From Epiperipatus broadwayi (taxonomy: Eukaryota > Animalia > Onychophora): DNA of 64,000 bases. The position numbers were made by a program, and so were the translations under genes. This document shows positions 48,031 through 62,564 of the stretch, in pieces. The notes under the pieces are model-generated. The model searched no databases, was not told the DNA's origin, and saw only the letters and a program-made list of their open reading frames with translations. The stretch covers positions 19,344,001 to 19,408,000 of the forward strand of contig JAQFVV010000005.1 in assembly GCA_028023455.1 (NCBI GenBank), in the 5' to 3' direction. How positions within the stretch are numbered: the first letter of the stretch is position 1; each line of letters starts with the position of its first letter.

Positions 48031-51000
48031 CTTATTTGAATAAATCATTTAAATATAATTTTTCAAAAAGTTTACCTTTCACGTACAACATACGCTGAGA
48101 ATTGAATTTTAAAAAATATAGCTCTATGATACATTAATTATATATAAGTAGTTATATACTATCTTTTTAATATATTTCAAACAATAAAAGTGGAATTACC
48201 ACAATAATTAATTTCAAATACTTTGGCTATTGATTAATTATATTCGGCCTCACAAATGCAACCAAAATATACATTAAAACATCAAATAAAAAATTGCAGT
48301 ATCTGATTAATTTTTACTAAATAAATTTCTAAATAAACATTAACTTTTACCACAATCAATATTTTCCATCTTATTTGCAAAATGACTTAATTTCTAATCA
48401 AGTTTATTTTTTGTTCATACAAGAAATTATTCAGGACCCCATTAATACTAGCATTATTACTTACTTTGCTTACATATAATAATTAGTTTAACATATCATA
48501 TATGTTTTACATAGAAGCACATCATATGTGCACAATGCTTATGTATAATAAACATATAACAAATAAATTTTTTTTTTTTTATGAATGGTTACCATTATTC
48601 TGAAACCCTTGGTTATTGATTCAACAAAGACAAATAAAAATGGGAAAATGCCACAATTAATCCCGTGTCTGTTACTTTAAAGAGATTATTAATCAAAGAA
48701 AATTGAATAAAAAACTTAAATTTATTAATGAATTTTGTTTAAAAAAGGTTACTATCTATAAAATATCCATAACAATAAATTCATGTTTTGTATGTATGTA
48801 TGTATGAAAAATGACTTTTATAATCATATTTAGATTGTTTTAGTTTTATAATTTATCACTACAGCATTTTTATTTATAATCATGTTTATATAATGTTTTT
48901 TCTGTACGATATCTATTTATTTATATAACTATTTATTTTTTTAATATTTATTTTGAATTTTTTTTATTGTTGCTTTCATTCCTGTATATTTTTTATTTTT
49001 ATGTTAAATTTATAACTTTGTCTTCTTTTATTAGTTTCCTTTTTATACTAATTTTGTTTAATAATTTTTACCTTAATTTTTTTTAATTCCTTATTTATTA
49101 TTATAATATTACTACAATTGTTCTTATATCTAAATTATTTAATTATGAAGATAATCAGGATTGCAAAAGTGACAGACAAGATCTCTTTTATCACAGTAAT
49201 TATGTGCTGTTTCACAAAATATAGTCTTTGGTTATATATGCTGGTGAAATTCAGTCTGGAGATACTCTTGAAATTAATGTTTGTTTTTTGTGATAAACAT
49301 TTAATATAGAATTGCAAATTTATATTTCATACTCAACTAAGAATCAATAATGTACATATACATTATTCATATTTTTTAACAATTTAACGTTTTCATAAAT
49401 GAGTTTCTCTATATAAATTCTAATTTGCATCAGGTTGGCAAATGTAAAAGTGAACAGATATTAGATGATTATTTGACTTTCCATTCATCATTTATTTAGT
49501 AATTCTATTAATATTATACACATTTGAAAATCAACATGCATATAACAGATATTTACATAGCATATGAATAAGCACAGTTGGATTGATTTTTAAATAATTC
49601 AAGTTTTTATAAACAAGTGTACTGTATTATGAAAATTGTAGTCTTTGTGCATATTTTTCCTATGCCATGATAAATTATCTAAAAGTATTCAAATATTAAT
49701 TCCAATAATCATATATGTAAATTAGAGATCTGTATTTACATAAAAAAAATATATTTACTTTAATATAAATATATTGCAAACTATAGTTTAAATCCATTGG
49801 AGGGATTGACTTAACCTGCTAATTTAACTTTATTTTTAATGATGTATCAATATTCCTGTTGTGTTAAAAAAAAAAGTTCAGATTGCTAAAACTACATATC
49901 TTCTTACTGTAATGGTAAGAACTCGTATGCCTTGTTAACATGTTGAAAAATTCCACCACCATGTTCGAAGAGCAGCGCAATAGGCGGGTTCAGTTCCTAC
50001 TGTACCGTGTTCGAACATAGTCATTTCATTCACAACAAAACCCACATGACAACGCATCTACCATAACAATAGCAATATCTTTCTAGGCCCGGTGGTCAGG
50101 TAAACAAGAGACTCTAATTAAATTATTTAATATTACGGGCCACTGCTATATACTTAATACTAGTTGATAATGAAATGAGACATCAATTTTATTATTAAAT
50201 TAAGCAGACACGCAAACATAAAAATAGATATATATAAATATTTAAAGATGATTAATTAATATACATGTAAATATATTACGCTACCAGGGTATCGTATTTA
50301 ATCATATCCCATGCCTCACGTTTAAGGTGCGAATGTTACAAGATTACACTACGAGGTCGTAATGATGAGTGCATTTGTCAACCCGGCTATCATTCCTTAC
50401 TCTCTTAATATTAATATACAATAACAAATTATTCATAGATTAGCAGATGTGGAGGAATGGAAATAGATAGAGCATAGACATTCATAATCCTTATTAAAGC
50501 GACCTGCGATAGCTTGGATGCTGCAGAGCTATAGAGAGTCGGCTTTCTAAGAGGATGACCGCTGAGAAATGTTGGAGGTGAGAGGGATGGCCAAACATCG
50601 GGTCGGAGCCCTTAGGAGTGGTCACGAGTGCGGTATCGGTATGAGGTCGTAGCCTTTCCATCCCCGACCGCGTGACAAGATTAGTTACCATTGGAGTCAT
50701 TTCGTATGCCCTTTGATTATGGGAACGAAAACATTTAAAGTACCTCTATTTCATTTCTGCGGTTTTAAATTTAAGGCGATAAACCAGCGCAGTTCACACA
50801 TATAATGCAAACACATTTATCTACTCTATGCTTTAATAATATAAGATCTACCTCCAATCCCCACAAGACTAAGCAAATGATCTACTGTTTAGTACCCCCC
50901 CCCTTTTCTTTCATAAAACAATACTGCTTTATATTTAAAGACTTAACAAACTAACTTTAAAATGAATGATCGCCAAGTAGCCAATACACTATATTAATAA

Positions 51001-51699
51001 TTATAAGATCTCGTCTTCATAATACATATTGAATTAAAATTATAATTCCCGAGCTGAGTATTTATTAAAAGATACGGGTTTACATGAATCTAAAGTCGCA
51101 AAAGAGGGGTAACACTTTTGCTAAAAATGGAAAGAAAACATCAGCTCGGAAATCAGGCAGGCATGAAATATAATATTTAACTAATAACAAACAAAATTTA
51201 GATACCCAAGTAGAATAATAAGAGATAGATTGTTTTACGAGGTTCATTAAAATATAAGATTATTTACAGATAGTTACAGATCTACATTAAAGTTTAGTTA
51301 GAGTTGCATGACATTGGAATTTGAAAGATGAAATTTAAAAGATACATTAGAAAATATATAGTTAACTTTAGAGTTCAAACAGTCTTTAATCTTGGGTATC
51401 ATGTTACCTTTGATTCATCGAAGTGTGCACACTTGTTTGGAAAGTCCGAGGTTCCTGGATTAACAGCAGTCACATTTAGGAAAATATTTATATATAGGCA
51501 GCAGCATCAGTTTAGGTTTATCTCATTTTATGGGAAGCTCTGTATTGTATAGCCATCAGTCCGGAGAAGCGCAGCAAGGCGCCTACTCCTTGCACATTGT
51601 TAGATTTAAATTTGGATCGGGATAAGAAACAAGCAACAGCAATAGCATATTTGAAATTTAATAGTTACGAATTACCACTCATATTCATCACGAGAATTA

Positions 51700-51850
51700 T
51701 TATATGCCTATAAGCAATCATTCTGTTGCTTTTATTCCTTTTTTCTTTATCTTTGGGATCCATCGAACAACTGCGTCATCCATCCAAGCGGTCTCTCTGG
51801 TCTGTGCTATATATCCCTTTAGGTCACGGATGCATTAGTGGCACATGTTG
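51700..51850 (-). mobile_element. RTE-type LINE C-terminal fragment
   Basis: GYIAQTRETAWMDDAVVRWIPKIKKKG resembles the RTE C-terminal GH.AR...W...V..W.P...KR..G motif. Confidence 0.5.
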
Positions 51851-54800
51851 AAATTTCAATTTCAATCTGACCACCTTTTTAATTTACCTTACATGACATA
51901 ATTTAGAAAAGCTTTTTGACAAACCCTTTTCTTTATATAATTGTAAGTTTAAAATACCTTTTTAGCTCTGTCATCTTTTCCCCCTCCCGCTATGATCTGC
52001 ACTCTAATTAGCAGGGGAATTTCTATTCTTTTAAACATCTTTACATTTAATTAAAAGATTTTTTTTTAAGATTTAATAATTTAAGTACTACCTGAATTTG
52101 ACCTAAATAACAACAAATATGTTTACGTTTAAAATATAATTATTAGTTTTTTTTTTATAGATTAAAATATTACTTAATGATCACAATAAGATTAATATGA
52201 TTATTTAATTTTGCACAAAATCACGCATGGCAATTTAATAATACTCTGCAGTGCGTTATTTTTAATATATAGACTATATTTGAGTGTGTGCGCATATGAT
52301 GTTTTTAAATAATTGTACATATATTGCATATTATTATGCACCAAATCCAATATTCAAGGTCAGAATCCATGTAAACTTATAATAATGGGTGAGAGGTAGA
52401 ATGATGACAGAACTAAGGTGAAACTAAGATTTGACTTCAAATCTTACAGTTTCATTACTTATTTCAAATACATATTTTACTTACATGCACATATGTGTGA
52501 ATGAAAGTATGGGCACAACAGTTAATTAGCTAAGTCAATATTTAGAATGAAATTTAGGTATAAGGACATAATAATAAGTTTATGATGTTTGCAAGATTAA
52601 TTTGTTATTCTTAAAGTTTAGTTTTATTTTTGGTTAAAATTTCATTTTAAATATAATAGTATCACATGAATAAAAAGAAAAGGCAAAAGGGGGAAAAATA
52701 TGCTATTATAAATACATTCTAAAAAAAAAAAAAAGTTGTATACTTGTGAAATAATGTCATGGTTTGTAATTTAAAACTTATTTAAACATTTAAAAAATTT
52801 AAATAATGATTGTAAAAAATTTTAAAAAGCATTCTATAGTGTTTGGAAATTTTTTTAAATGATTTTTAGAACAGAAAAGATATTTACTGAAATTTATTTT
52901 TAGACTTTGGTTTATGTTTTTTTTTTTCACTTTGTAGCCTAGATGTGATGACACAATTAAAAATTATAAATTAGGTTAACTTTTCTTGGAAATTGTCGTT
53001 TTCTTTTGTTTACAAAGTGATTCTTGGCTAGATAAGAGTTTGCAGGGGGTTAGCCTCTCTTCCAGCCATTTCTTTATCACCATGCAACACATGGAGGAAA
53101 TTATTATTGAAAGATCAACATATCTCATTGATATATACAATAATTTACTAACTAATAATACATGTAGCTTAAAATAAAAAGGAAAATTTAATATACTGTT
53201 TGTTTATAACTATCAAGTCTTAAATTTATTTATAGAGCCTAAATATTAATGACATTAACTGTTGACTATCTTTAAATTAGTTGATATGCATGAATTAACT
53301 GTTTTAGTTATTACTTTTTCATTAAATAATTTAAGACAAGAACAATCCCCCCCCCCCCCCAAAAAAAAAAAAATCATGCTATTTTGGCCAGCTACATTAT
53401 TTGCATGTTGGCATATTCCATGAACAGGACACTGAAAAGAATAAATCATCATCAAGAATCAACAACTAGGAAGATAAGAAAAATACTATTTATTTTGTAT
53501 TATCAAATAAATCATATACATGTTTAATATTTTGTTACTGATAAAAAAAAAATTTTTTTGTACCTCTCAAAAACTTGGAAGTAAAATCAATATCTAAGTC
53601 AAGATAGACTGCTATTACAAACTATTTTTTTTATATAATGTAAATTTTGCTGCATACATACTACATCATACATAATTATGGTATATTAAAAGATTATCGA
53701 TTCATTTAATAGATATTAATATGCTTGAATTTCATGTGAGCTCCTAAACAATAGCCATTCAATTATTTACTTTTATGAAATACTAAAATAATTAAATCAT
53801 AGCATCTGCTTTTTCTAGTTATGGTTTGCATGAAACAATATCTCATTTCCGTTTGAAGATTTATTTTGTATACTTTCAAAAATCAAATTTATATACTATA
53901 TGGCTACATATTGTGTTTATTCATGTTTGTTAGCAAATATAATAACTTGGAATGGACACTATTTCAGATCAATTTAAAACAATATAATAATTCAACTTTT
54001 ATCAGATAAAAATAAAACATTTAGATTATAAATTAAACTTTGTTTTCAATTCAATTACAATTATTAAGGGATTATATAAAATATCAGATTATTTATAGAT
54101 TTTTCTTTGGTTGTTTTCAATTGAACACATTAACTAACGTTTTTAAAACAGCCCCCCCCCCCCCACACACACACACTCTCAAGTAAAAATTGGTGACTCT
54201 TGTATAATTAAAACCTAAACATAACATATATGTATATATAAAAAGTTATATTTTTAAAATATAATTCTAATAATTTTACTTTTTAATTATAAAGTTGATA
54301 ACAATTTAAACATAAGAATACTTATATAAAACAAAAAAAAAAATCAATTGAAAGAACTAATATATAGTTTAAAAATAAATGATTTATCTAAAACACAGAT
54401 AAGTAGAATAAAAAAAATATTTTAAATGTTTTACATTTTAATTAATTATAAAGTAAAATAAATATAATAATTTAAAAAGGTAAAAAAAAAACCTATCTTA
54501 TTATATTATATATAATTACATTAAAAAAATAATAAAGACGAATTTTTTGAAATTAATTTTGTTAAATATAAATTAATCAATATAGATATATATGATCACA
54601 CACACATGTACGTTACCATAATTACAAATATTCTTTCATAAATAAACATTGTTTTGGCTTTAAATTATATAACAAGTATAATAATAATTTATATAATTAA
54701 TATAGTTTATTATACTCATAAATAATTATTTGTATAATTTTTAGATTTGAAAAAGGCTGAAAGAATGGTCAAATTGTTGGTTGGGATGTGTGTGTGTGTC

Positions 54801-54880
54801 ATAATTTAAATAACATATTTGTGTATCTCACAATGATTTTAATGATCATATAAATAATTTTACAAGTCCAATTACATTAA

Positions 54881-54978
54881 ATAAGATAATTCACAAGTAA
54901 GATTCCTAAAGAATCATTTAAAAGAATTTAAGTTTATTTAAATGATTCTTTAGGAATATTGTCTGTGAATTATCTTAT
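54881..54978. repeat. Short inverted repeat (~40-bp arms)
   Basis: ataagataattcaca...attcctaaagaatcatttaaa pairs with tttaaatgattctttaggaat...tgtgaattatcttat. Confidence 0.75.
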
Positions 54979-56077
54979 AATTACTTACATATATTTTCAA
55001 AATTAAAAAAAAAAAATCTCAATATATAGAAAAAAACTTCTGTTCTAAGCAAAAATAACTCTTAAAAAAACATTAACCACAGATAAGATTTATTGTTTTT
55101 ATATTTAGACTCAGATGTTTTTTATTTTGCATTAAAATAATTTGATATAGATTCTCTAATCATATAATAATAATTGTATATTTTATTATTATGGATATAC
55201 TGTACACATCTCTAAATTAACAAAAAAATAAAAATACATTTTATTTTTTCTAATAATTTTTTTAGCAATTATTTTTAATATAAATTAATACTTTACAAAT
55301 TTGCCAATTTCTTATATTAGCAAAAAAAAAAAAAAAACCAGTAATTTTTTTGGACAATTTAATAAAAAAATATTAAAACAATTTTTTGTTTTGTTTTGGA
55401 TGTTTTAATTAATAAAAAACACTTGATCTTTATTAAAGTTGAAGTAAAGTACTCTATTAGTCTATACATATAATTTCCATCTTCTTCACAAATCAATTTT
55501 ACAGATAATTTTAGTATTTCAATTATATAGGAGATCCTAGACTTTCATATATTCTACTTTCATAAAATTGGCTATTTTGTATGAAGGCAATACAAAAAGT
55601 TGTAGCATGTTACAGACCTTTTTATCAAGAAAAGAAAAAGAAGAGAATACTGACGGATTAGTCCGGGTATAATTCCAGACAATAAAATTCATTATGTAAC
55701 CGTTTACTTTGCTGTTTCAAAGAAGGATTTAACTTTTACATAATAGTCAAAATTTTAAATTTAGAAAGTACACCATGGTATTTAATATTAATTTTCATTT
55801 ATATAATGTATTAAAAGCCTAATCTATACAGTATTAGTGTAAGATTCTGTCAAGTTAATTAACAGATACCTTTTATAATAGTTATACATATTTTAAAAAT
55901 CATATTTGTCAAAATTTCTAATATTCATTAATTTTCATTACAGTGATTCTTTAAAAGTGTGTGTGTGGTGTGTTTGCAGAATCTTATTGCACAAGTATAA
56001 TAAATGAATTTCATTTCCTTGTTAAAAATAATATTTTATTCCAATGGGAATATTAAATATTTAATAGTACCATTTTT

Positions 56078-57120
56078 GGTACTGGTTGATTAGACATGAA
56101 CGCCGCTTGATGGCATTCTTTAGGTACTAAACACATAAAACTGCTGTTTACGCGGCCCAACTTTTCGTTGCAAATAACATTATTTTCTAAAATGGAATAA
56201 TTACATTATACATTTCATCAGGTGTTGACATTTTTCAAACTACTTTTAAACAATTTACAAATCAACATTATTTTCTAAAATGGAATATTTACAGTTTTAA
56301 ATTACATTATAAATGTCAGCGCGCGCATAGTGCTGGAATGAACAGGCACTACTCTGATCAAACCAACATTAAAATTTTCCAAAACGTGCAATTTTAGATG
56401 TCTTGAAGCTGCTTTTTATCTGCAAAAAAAGACACTATTATAAACATTCTGCAAAGTATTTGTAAACAATTTACAAACCAACATTATTTTATAAAATGAA
56501 AGAATTAAATTTTTCTGAAATCGAATAATTACATTATAAATGTTTATGTGCTGACATGTGCAGGGCCGGGGACCGATGTTTTTGATGATCCTTTGGATCA
56601 TCCAAAAGATGTACTGTGATCAAACCAAGCTTCTGATTTCCAAAACAACATGGAACCTCAGCCATTTAATTTGTCTTGCAGCTGTTCTCGCACAAACGTG
56701 CCTTTTCGCGTCAATTCTGTGAAATTGTGGTTGTCACTACATTTTTGCAATTTTTTTCATCTTCCAAGCTGTGTAGGAAAGTGCGGCAACGGGCTTACAA
56801 TTATTAGTATATAATAATACATCAGGTAGGGTGTAAGATCATTAGTTCGAATGCAGATTACAGAGTTATGGTCAGTTGAATTCCATACACTCTCGCATGA
56901 TACGGTAGCGATCTGTGAAATGTGCACATTTGCATAGTGTCGCGAAGCACATCAGCAGGCCGTAATATTTGTGTACAACACAATATAGGCCCACAACGAC
57001 TAATATAAACATCACTGTTCTATAGGCTGTAAACTTCGGGCCGCATAAACAGCATTTTTTTATGTTTTAGAACATAAACAACGCCATCTAAGCAGCGTGC
57101 GTGTCTAATCAACCAGTACC
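56078..57120. mobile_element. 1.04-kb non-autonomous DNA transposon with ~85-bp imperfect TIRs
   Basis: GGTACTGGTTGATTAGACA...GCGGCCC and GGGCCGC...TGTCTAATCAACCAGTACC; three internal copies of caacattatttt(c)taaaatg.aa....ttacattata. Confidence 0.8.
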
Positions 57121-57629
57121 CAATTTTTAAATAATAATAATTTTATCTTTAATAAGATTATTAATTATATTATTTTTCATTTGAATAAATAATTAATACA
57201 AAAAATAAAATTTATAGTTGTATTTAAATTTACAAGTAATTATATTGTACCGTTTATTTATATATGGTACAAATATACGTATTGGCATTTGGTAAAAGCT
57301 AAAAAAAAAAGTAAATTTAGCAATCTTTCAAAAGAAAAACATTTTTAGATTTTTTTTTTTGAGTATAATTTATTTTTTAAAAAAAATGTACAGTGAAAGT
57401 TAAAATTGTTTTTTATATTTTTTTACGCAATTAAAAATAAAAGTAAAAATTGGAGAGAACAAAAGACACACAAATCACTAATCTAGATAAGCTAAAATAA
57501 AAATATTTTAGCTAATTAAAGATGGCCAAAAGACTTGATAAAAAAGAGAACTTTGTAATTGAAATTTTATAAAGAATGTACGAGATTATCAGCGTATATA
57601 TTTGATAAACAAAAGGTATGCGCAGAAGT

Positions 57630-57950
57630 CAGAAAACTGGACCTCTAGTATAAAAGGAAGAGGCCAGCTTGATCAGGGTCTTGTTTCATCTGTTTCTCTA
57701 TAGTTGGTCAGGGATCACCCTACACTGAAATAATTCTGCATGTCGGAGTGAACCAGAGTTTCTGCGGACATCATGCCTGAAGATGGACACCAGAAAAGCC
57801 TTCGTGACCGACTAGGATAATAGACCACAAGATCAACTTATAACCAATGGCCGAGCTCATTCCACCCAAAAAACTATGCATAGTAATCTACTACCTTCTC
57901 GCTAAACTTACCGGTCAGCTATGATTCATTATTCCCGATTGTGACAAAAT
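57630..57950 (+). mobile_element. LTR- or Penelope pLTR-like fragment with TATA box and a degenerate hammerhead-like motif
   Basis: GC-richer island with TATAAAAGG (~57648) and CCTGAAGATGGACACCAGAAAAGCCTTCG (~57775-57805). Confidence 0.35.
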
Positions 57951-60349
57951 TAAGCGTTTGCAAACAACTCTTAAAAATATATGTATAATAGAACCCCGAT
58001 AGAGACTTTAATTTTATTGATCAAGAGACTCTTATTTAACCAGGAACTTTTTTAATTGTTTAACCATTGTTTTTTATTAATGGATTCACATCTAGATTAG
58101 TGTGTGTCCTCTCCAATTTATTTCATTAGTAATTTCTCTATTTTAATTTGTTAGAATAAAAATATTTATTTCTAATACCAACTTTTCCTTGTACATTATT
58201 AATAATAGTTATTAATGTTTATTATTAAATTTATTAATATTAGTGTAGTGAGATTTAAAAATATCATTTACCTTTGCCAATATGTTTAATAAGTTCCAGG
58301 AAAAATAATATTTTGAAAAATAATTTTAGTTACGGTAGAATCTAATACCATCTTTTGAAAACATTTTTTCTTTTTAATTTACGAGTTACGATATGTTTGA
58401 CGCAGAATCAGCGAGTCTAATCGACTCTGGCGCCCTCATTTATAAATTAATAACTGATTCAGCTCGCAATTGTACTCGTAACAATTCTAGGCCGAGTTGA
58501 TCAGGAAATATAGTTATGTTTTTGGAAATAGAAATACAACTTTCTTCTTTTTGCATAACTTGATCAACTCGCGCATTTATATGTGTATAGAGGCCTAGTC
58601 AGACGGAAAAACGTTACAATATTTATTGTTAAATATTTTATTAATTTAATATTGCTTAAAATTGTAGATAAAATTAATTTGTGAAAAATTTCTAGTTGAT
58701 GAAAAGATGACAAATGAAATTGATTTAATTAAGGGTCTGATGTCATGCTGCCTACAATGTAAAAGATAAGAGCAGATGAAAATTTGGAGGAACTGATTAA
58801 ATAGTAAGAACTAATAAACCTGTTTCTGTTAGTTCTTTAAAATTAAATTTTTTTTATCATGTTTTATTTTAAATTAAGATGATAAAATGATAATGGAGTA
58901 AATTAAAAATTCTTCAGGGGACCTAACCTAATCTTAAATTATAATTGAAAGATTAAAGAAACTGCATTGTAAAATGGAAGAATATTATCAACTAGTTCCA
59001 AGAGTTTGCAAATCTAATTGCATAAGACTGTGTTTTGTTATTTCTTTATTTTTAATGAGTCTAATCAGTAATTTACAATGGAACTTGTATTTATTTAAAG
59101 TGAATAGTTACTATAGAATTGGCAAAACACTTTATAGAATTTTTCAGCTTATGATCTAATAGTAATTATAAACTTATTTTTTTAAAAAAAATTCTATTGA
59201 ATAAAATGATTTGCATGTTGAAATAAAGTTAAAACTAGATAAGAATAAATAATATGTACTTTTAGCAGTAATGAAGGACTTTTCCTAGAGTGATTAATAT
59301 TTTATATAAGACTAAAATGAATAGTAATAAAACAATTCTTACTTATAATGAAGGATATATGTATCTTTGATAAGTTCCAAGATTATGATAATTTAAAAGA
59401 AGGAAATATTTCTTCCAATAAGGAATATTAAAGAAAATATGAATTATGGTATTTTAATAAACCAAAACCAATAGATATAAGTATAACTGACTTATAAGAT
59501 AGATTTAAAAAAAATGAACCAATAAAAATAAAAAATTATTCCTGATAATTGCAAAATCAATTATATAGTATGCTTCTAATGGATAATTATTATTATGAAC
59601 CAATATTTAATATTTGAAAAATTATTTAAAAAAATAATTAAATGTACAAGATTTTAAATGCACTGAAGTGAAAGTGCTCAGGAATTTAATAAATCTTTAT
59701 TAATTATGGATATTTTTTTTCCTTCATTTTAAAATGTTATATTTTAAACAATGTGTTATCAAGCAGGAGCAAAGGGAGAAAACGACGAGTTTAAACTGCC
59801 GACCATCATCATGGTAACAAATGTGTAGTGTTTTGGGAAGTTAGTTTTTTTAAAAAAAAAAAAAGATTGAAAACAAGTTTTTGATGTAAAATTATTATTT
59901 TTTTTTTCTCAATGATAGGTATTCCTAAGATGTATTTTTAAGTTAAGAAAGAAACTATTTAAATAATTTATATGTTGATTAATGTTTTTAAAATTAAAAG
60001 TATACTATGCTTATTTTTAAAATTGTTGCATGGACATACCAAAGAATTGAAAAATGGTAATGAGTAATTTATTGAATTATTAATTAATTGTACTGGAATA
60101 TATTTTGTGATACAAAATGAATAATAATTATGAGTCAAGAAAAAGGTATATTGATAAGAGAAATATTAATGTATAAAAAGTTCATAATATTTTAAGTGAA
60201 GTATGATATAGAAGATATGCAATATTTAATAATAATATATCGTGATCTCAAATATTAAAATGTATTAGGTATATATTATGACATTTGTCATAAGGGTAAA
60301 AGTTATTTGTTTTACTAGATTTATAAAGGATGGAAGGGGGGAGGGGGAG

Positions 60350-61700
60350 TTATACACATAGATTGGAAAGATAATCTATGCTGATGCTGAAAGTTTACAA
60401 GTGAAGATGGGATAAGTTTAAAATACCAGGATAGTGTAGAATCATCCTGAAGAAATAATGTGATATGTAATGGGTTTAATCCAAAAAACACCCATATAAT
60501 TTTAGTGAAATAAGTGAGGATTTATAAGATATAACTGCCCTATACCGTAAGTGGTTTAGAGTAAAGCCAGGATTTTAGTGGTATGATCATTGAAATAATA
60601 ATGACTACTCCAAGGTTATAATTGTGCAGGAAGAAATGTTAGTTATTTTTATTTAAGATTTCACACTGTATGTTTGTAATTTGAACTCAGTGTGTTGAGT
60701 GTGAAGATATTTAAGATTCACGCTTTCAGATTTAAGTACTTTAGACTGGCTTGGATATATAGAAAGACAAGTAAAGAAGAAGGTGGAACCACCTTTTTCT
60801 TGTGAAATTCTCTGTCTCAGTGCTTGATCTGATTGGCTGGTGATAGTCATAAGAGCTTGAGAGATTTGTACTCTCTCAGTTTAATTATTTGTATAATGTA
60901 AAATTGTTTATTAAAATAGTTTCTTATCCTAAATAATATCTTTGATAATAATTATAGTTAAGCATCATATGTAAATAATTTGTCTAGGAGTATATAGTTT
61001 TTCTTCCTATTGTTAATAATGATAGTTCAAAGAAAAAAAAGGGTCATATGCATAACAAATACAATTAGATTTTATAAAAAAGAAAAATAAGTTATTGTCA
61101 AAATGATAGTATGAGATCAATGATAATGGAGATTATAAAAGAGTTATATATGATAAGTATGAAAAACGAATGTATAATATTTTTTATATTTAAAAGGTAA
61201 ATATTCTTGACTCAGTTATATCAAATTATCTTGTGTATATGGTGGAAACTATCTAAAAGTATGAAAAGTCATATATTAAATAATAATCTATTGATATAAC
61301 AATTATAAAATTGTAATAAATGGAGTTTGAATAAATTTAAGAAAGATAAGTGTAAAGTAAATGACCACTAAATCATATTTGATGTAATAATAAAATTGCT
61401 AAACTTTATAAAAATATGAAGGATAATTAAATTTGTAATATGAATAGGAATATTAATAATATTGAATAATTACCTTTTAATTCCTTAAATGATATTAATC
61501 TAATGGTAACCCATGATAAGATGACTATATTTATTTATTTTGATATTCTAATGTATAATTGTAAATATGTTAATCATAATAAAGTTGTTAAAAATAGTTG
61601 ATTTTATAATGTATAATCAAAATTATTGTTAGTACTAATTTATTGTTATAAATAAATATATGTTTTTAATTTGAACTAAGCAATTAGTGTTATTTTCTTT
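60350..61700 (+). mobile_element. Possible Polinton/Maverick DNA polymerase B relic
   Basis: IIYADAESL (~60370-60400, cf. IYADFES), a broken FIDS..FL..SLD-like stretch (~60905) and IYFD...YN (~61530); no intact ORF. Confidence 0.3.
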
Positions 61701-62564
61701 ATGGAATCATAAATATATCACAATGTCATATATTTAAGCACATGACACAACAATGTTCTCATATAAAATTTATTTATTGATTGTTTTATTTAGAGACGTA
61801 AAATAAATAATTTAAACTTAATAAATTAAAGATCTGTTAATTGTAATTTATAATTAAATAAAAGTAATGTTAATTATACTTATTAATTTATTTAATGTTT
61901 AAATATCTGAATAAATATTTAAAATTTTAATCTAAGGAATCAATGTGTATTTACAGCATTATGGAAATTAATCTTGTTTACAAGTCACACAAGAATTTTA
62001 TCGTTCATTCAGAATTTAATAAAGGTTAAAAATCATTTTAAGTGTTATAAAGTTTATACCAATGATTGAATTGTAATTACCATATTATTTAAGCTGTTTG
62101 AAATTAATAAAATAATTTTTGATATTTGTTTGGAAAGAGAAATGTGTTTTAAAATTGATTTATATAATATTATATTGTGTAGAAATAAAGAGTTTTGATC
62201 CCTGAGATGTTAATAAGATAGTTTAATAATCAATTAGATTAATTTGATTTATATCTTTTCAATTCATCATGTTTATAGTTTCTTATAAATACAACAAAAT
62301 AAATAATGATGTAAATAGTCTTAATAATTATTTACCATGAAATTATTATGTTAATCATTGTTTGTTATAGGGATTTTCCTAATGGTTGTAGCATAATAAT
62401 AACTGGAGAATTTGTAAAGTATATTTTATATACTTTGTAATGATAAAGTCTATATGTTTGTGGCTGTTCCTATAATCTATATTAGGTTTAAAAGTATAGA
62501 GTCTCAGTTGATCAGGGTATTGTGTATTGTCATTGTAAATGAGAGGGCATCATCATTTGTCTAT

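Noticed and set aside
50300-50375. tRNA-like (minus strand) or snoRNA C-box (AATGATGA) reading
   Set aside because: The anticodon and T stems do not pair, and there is no D box or terminal stem at a suitable distance.
50689-50700. MTPM|gtaact as an alternative first OSBP exon
   Set aside because: The phase fits, but there is no similarity to the conserved upstream KIPMP sequence and no other support.
53255-53455. Minus-strand ORF with a good acceptor before CPVHGICQH
   Set aside because: Runs into T and G homopolymers with no convincing donor and no recognisable homology.
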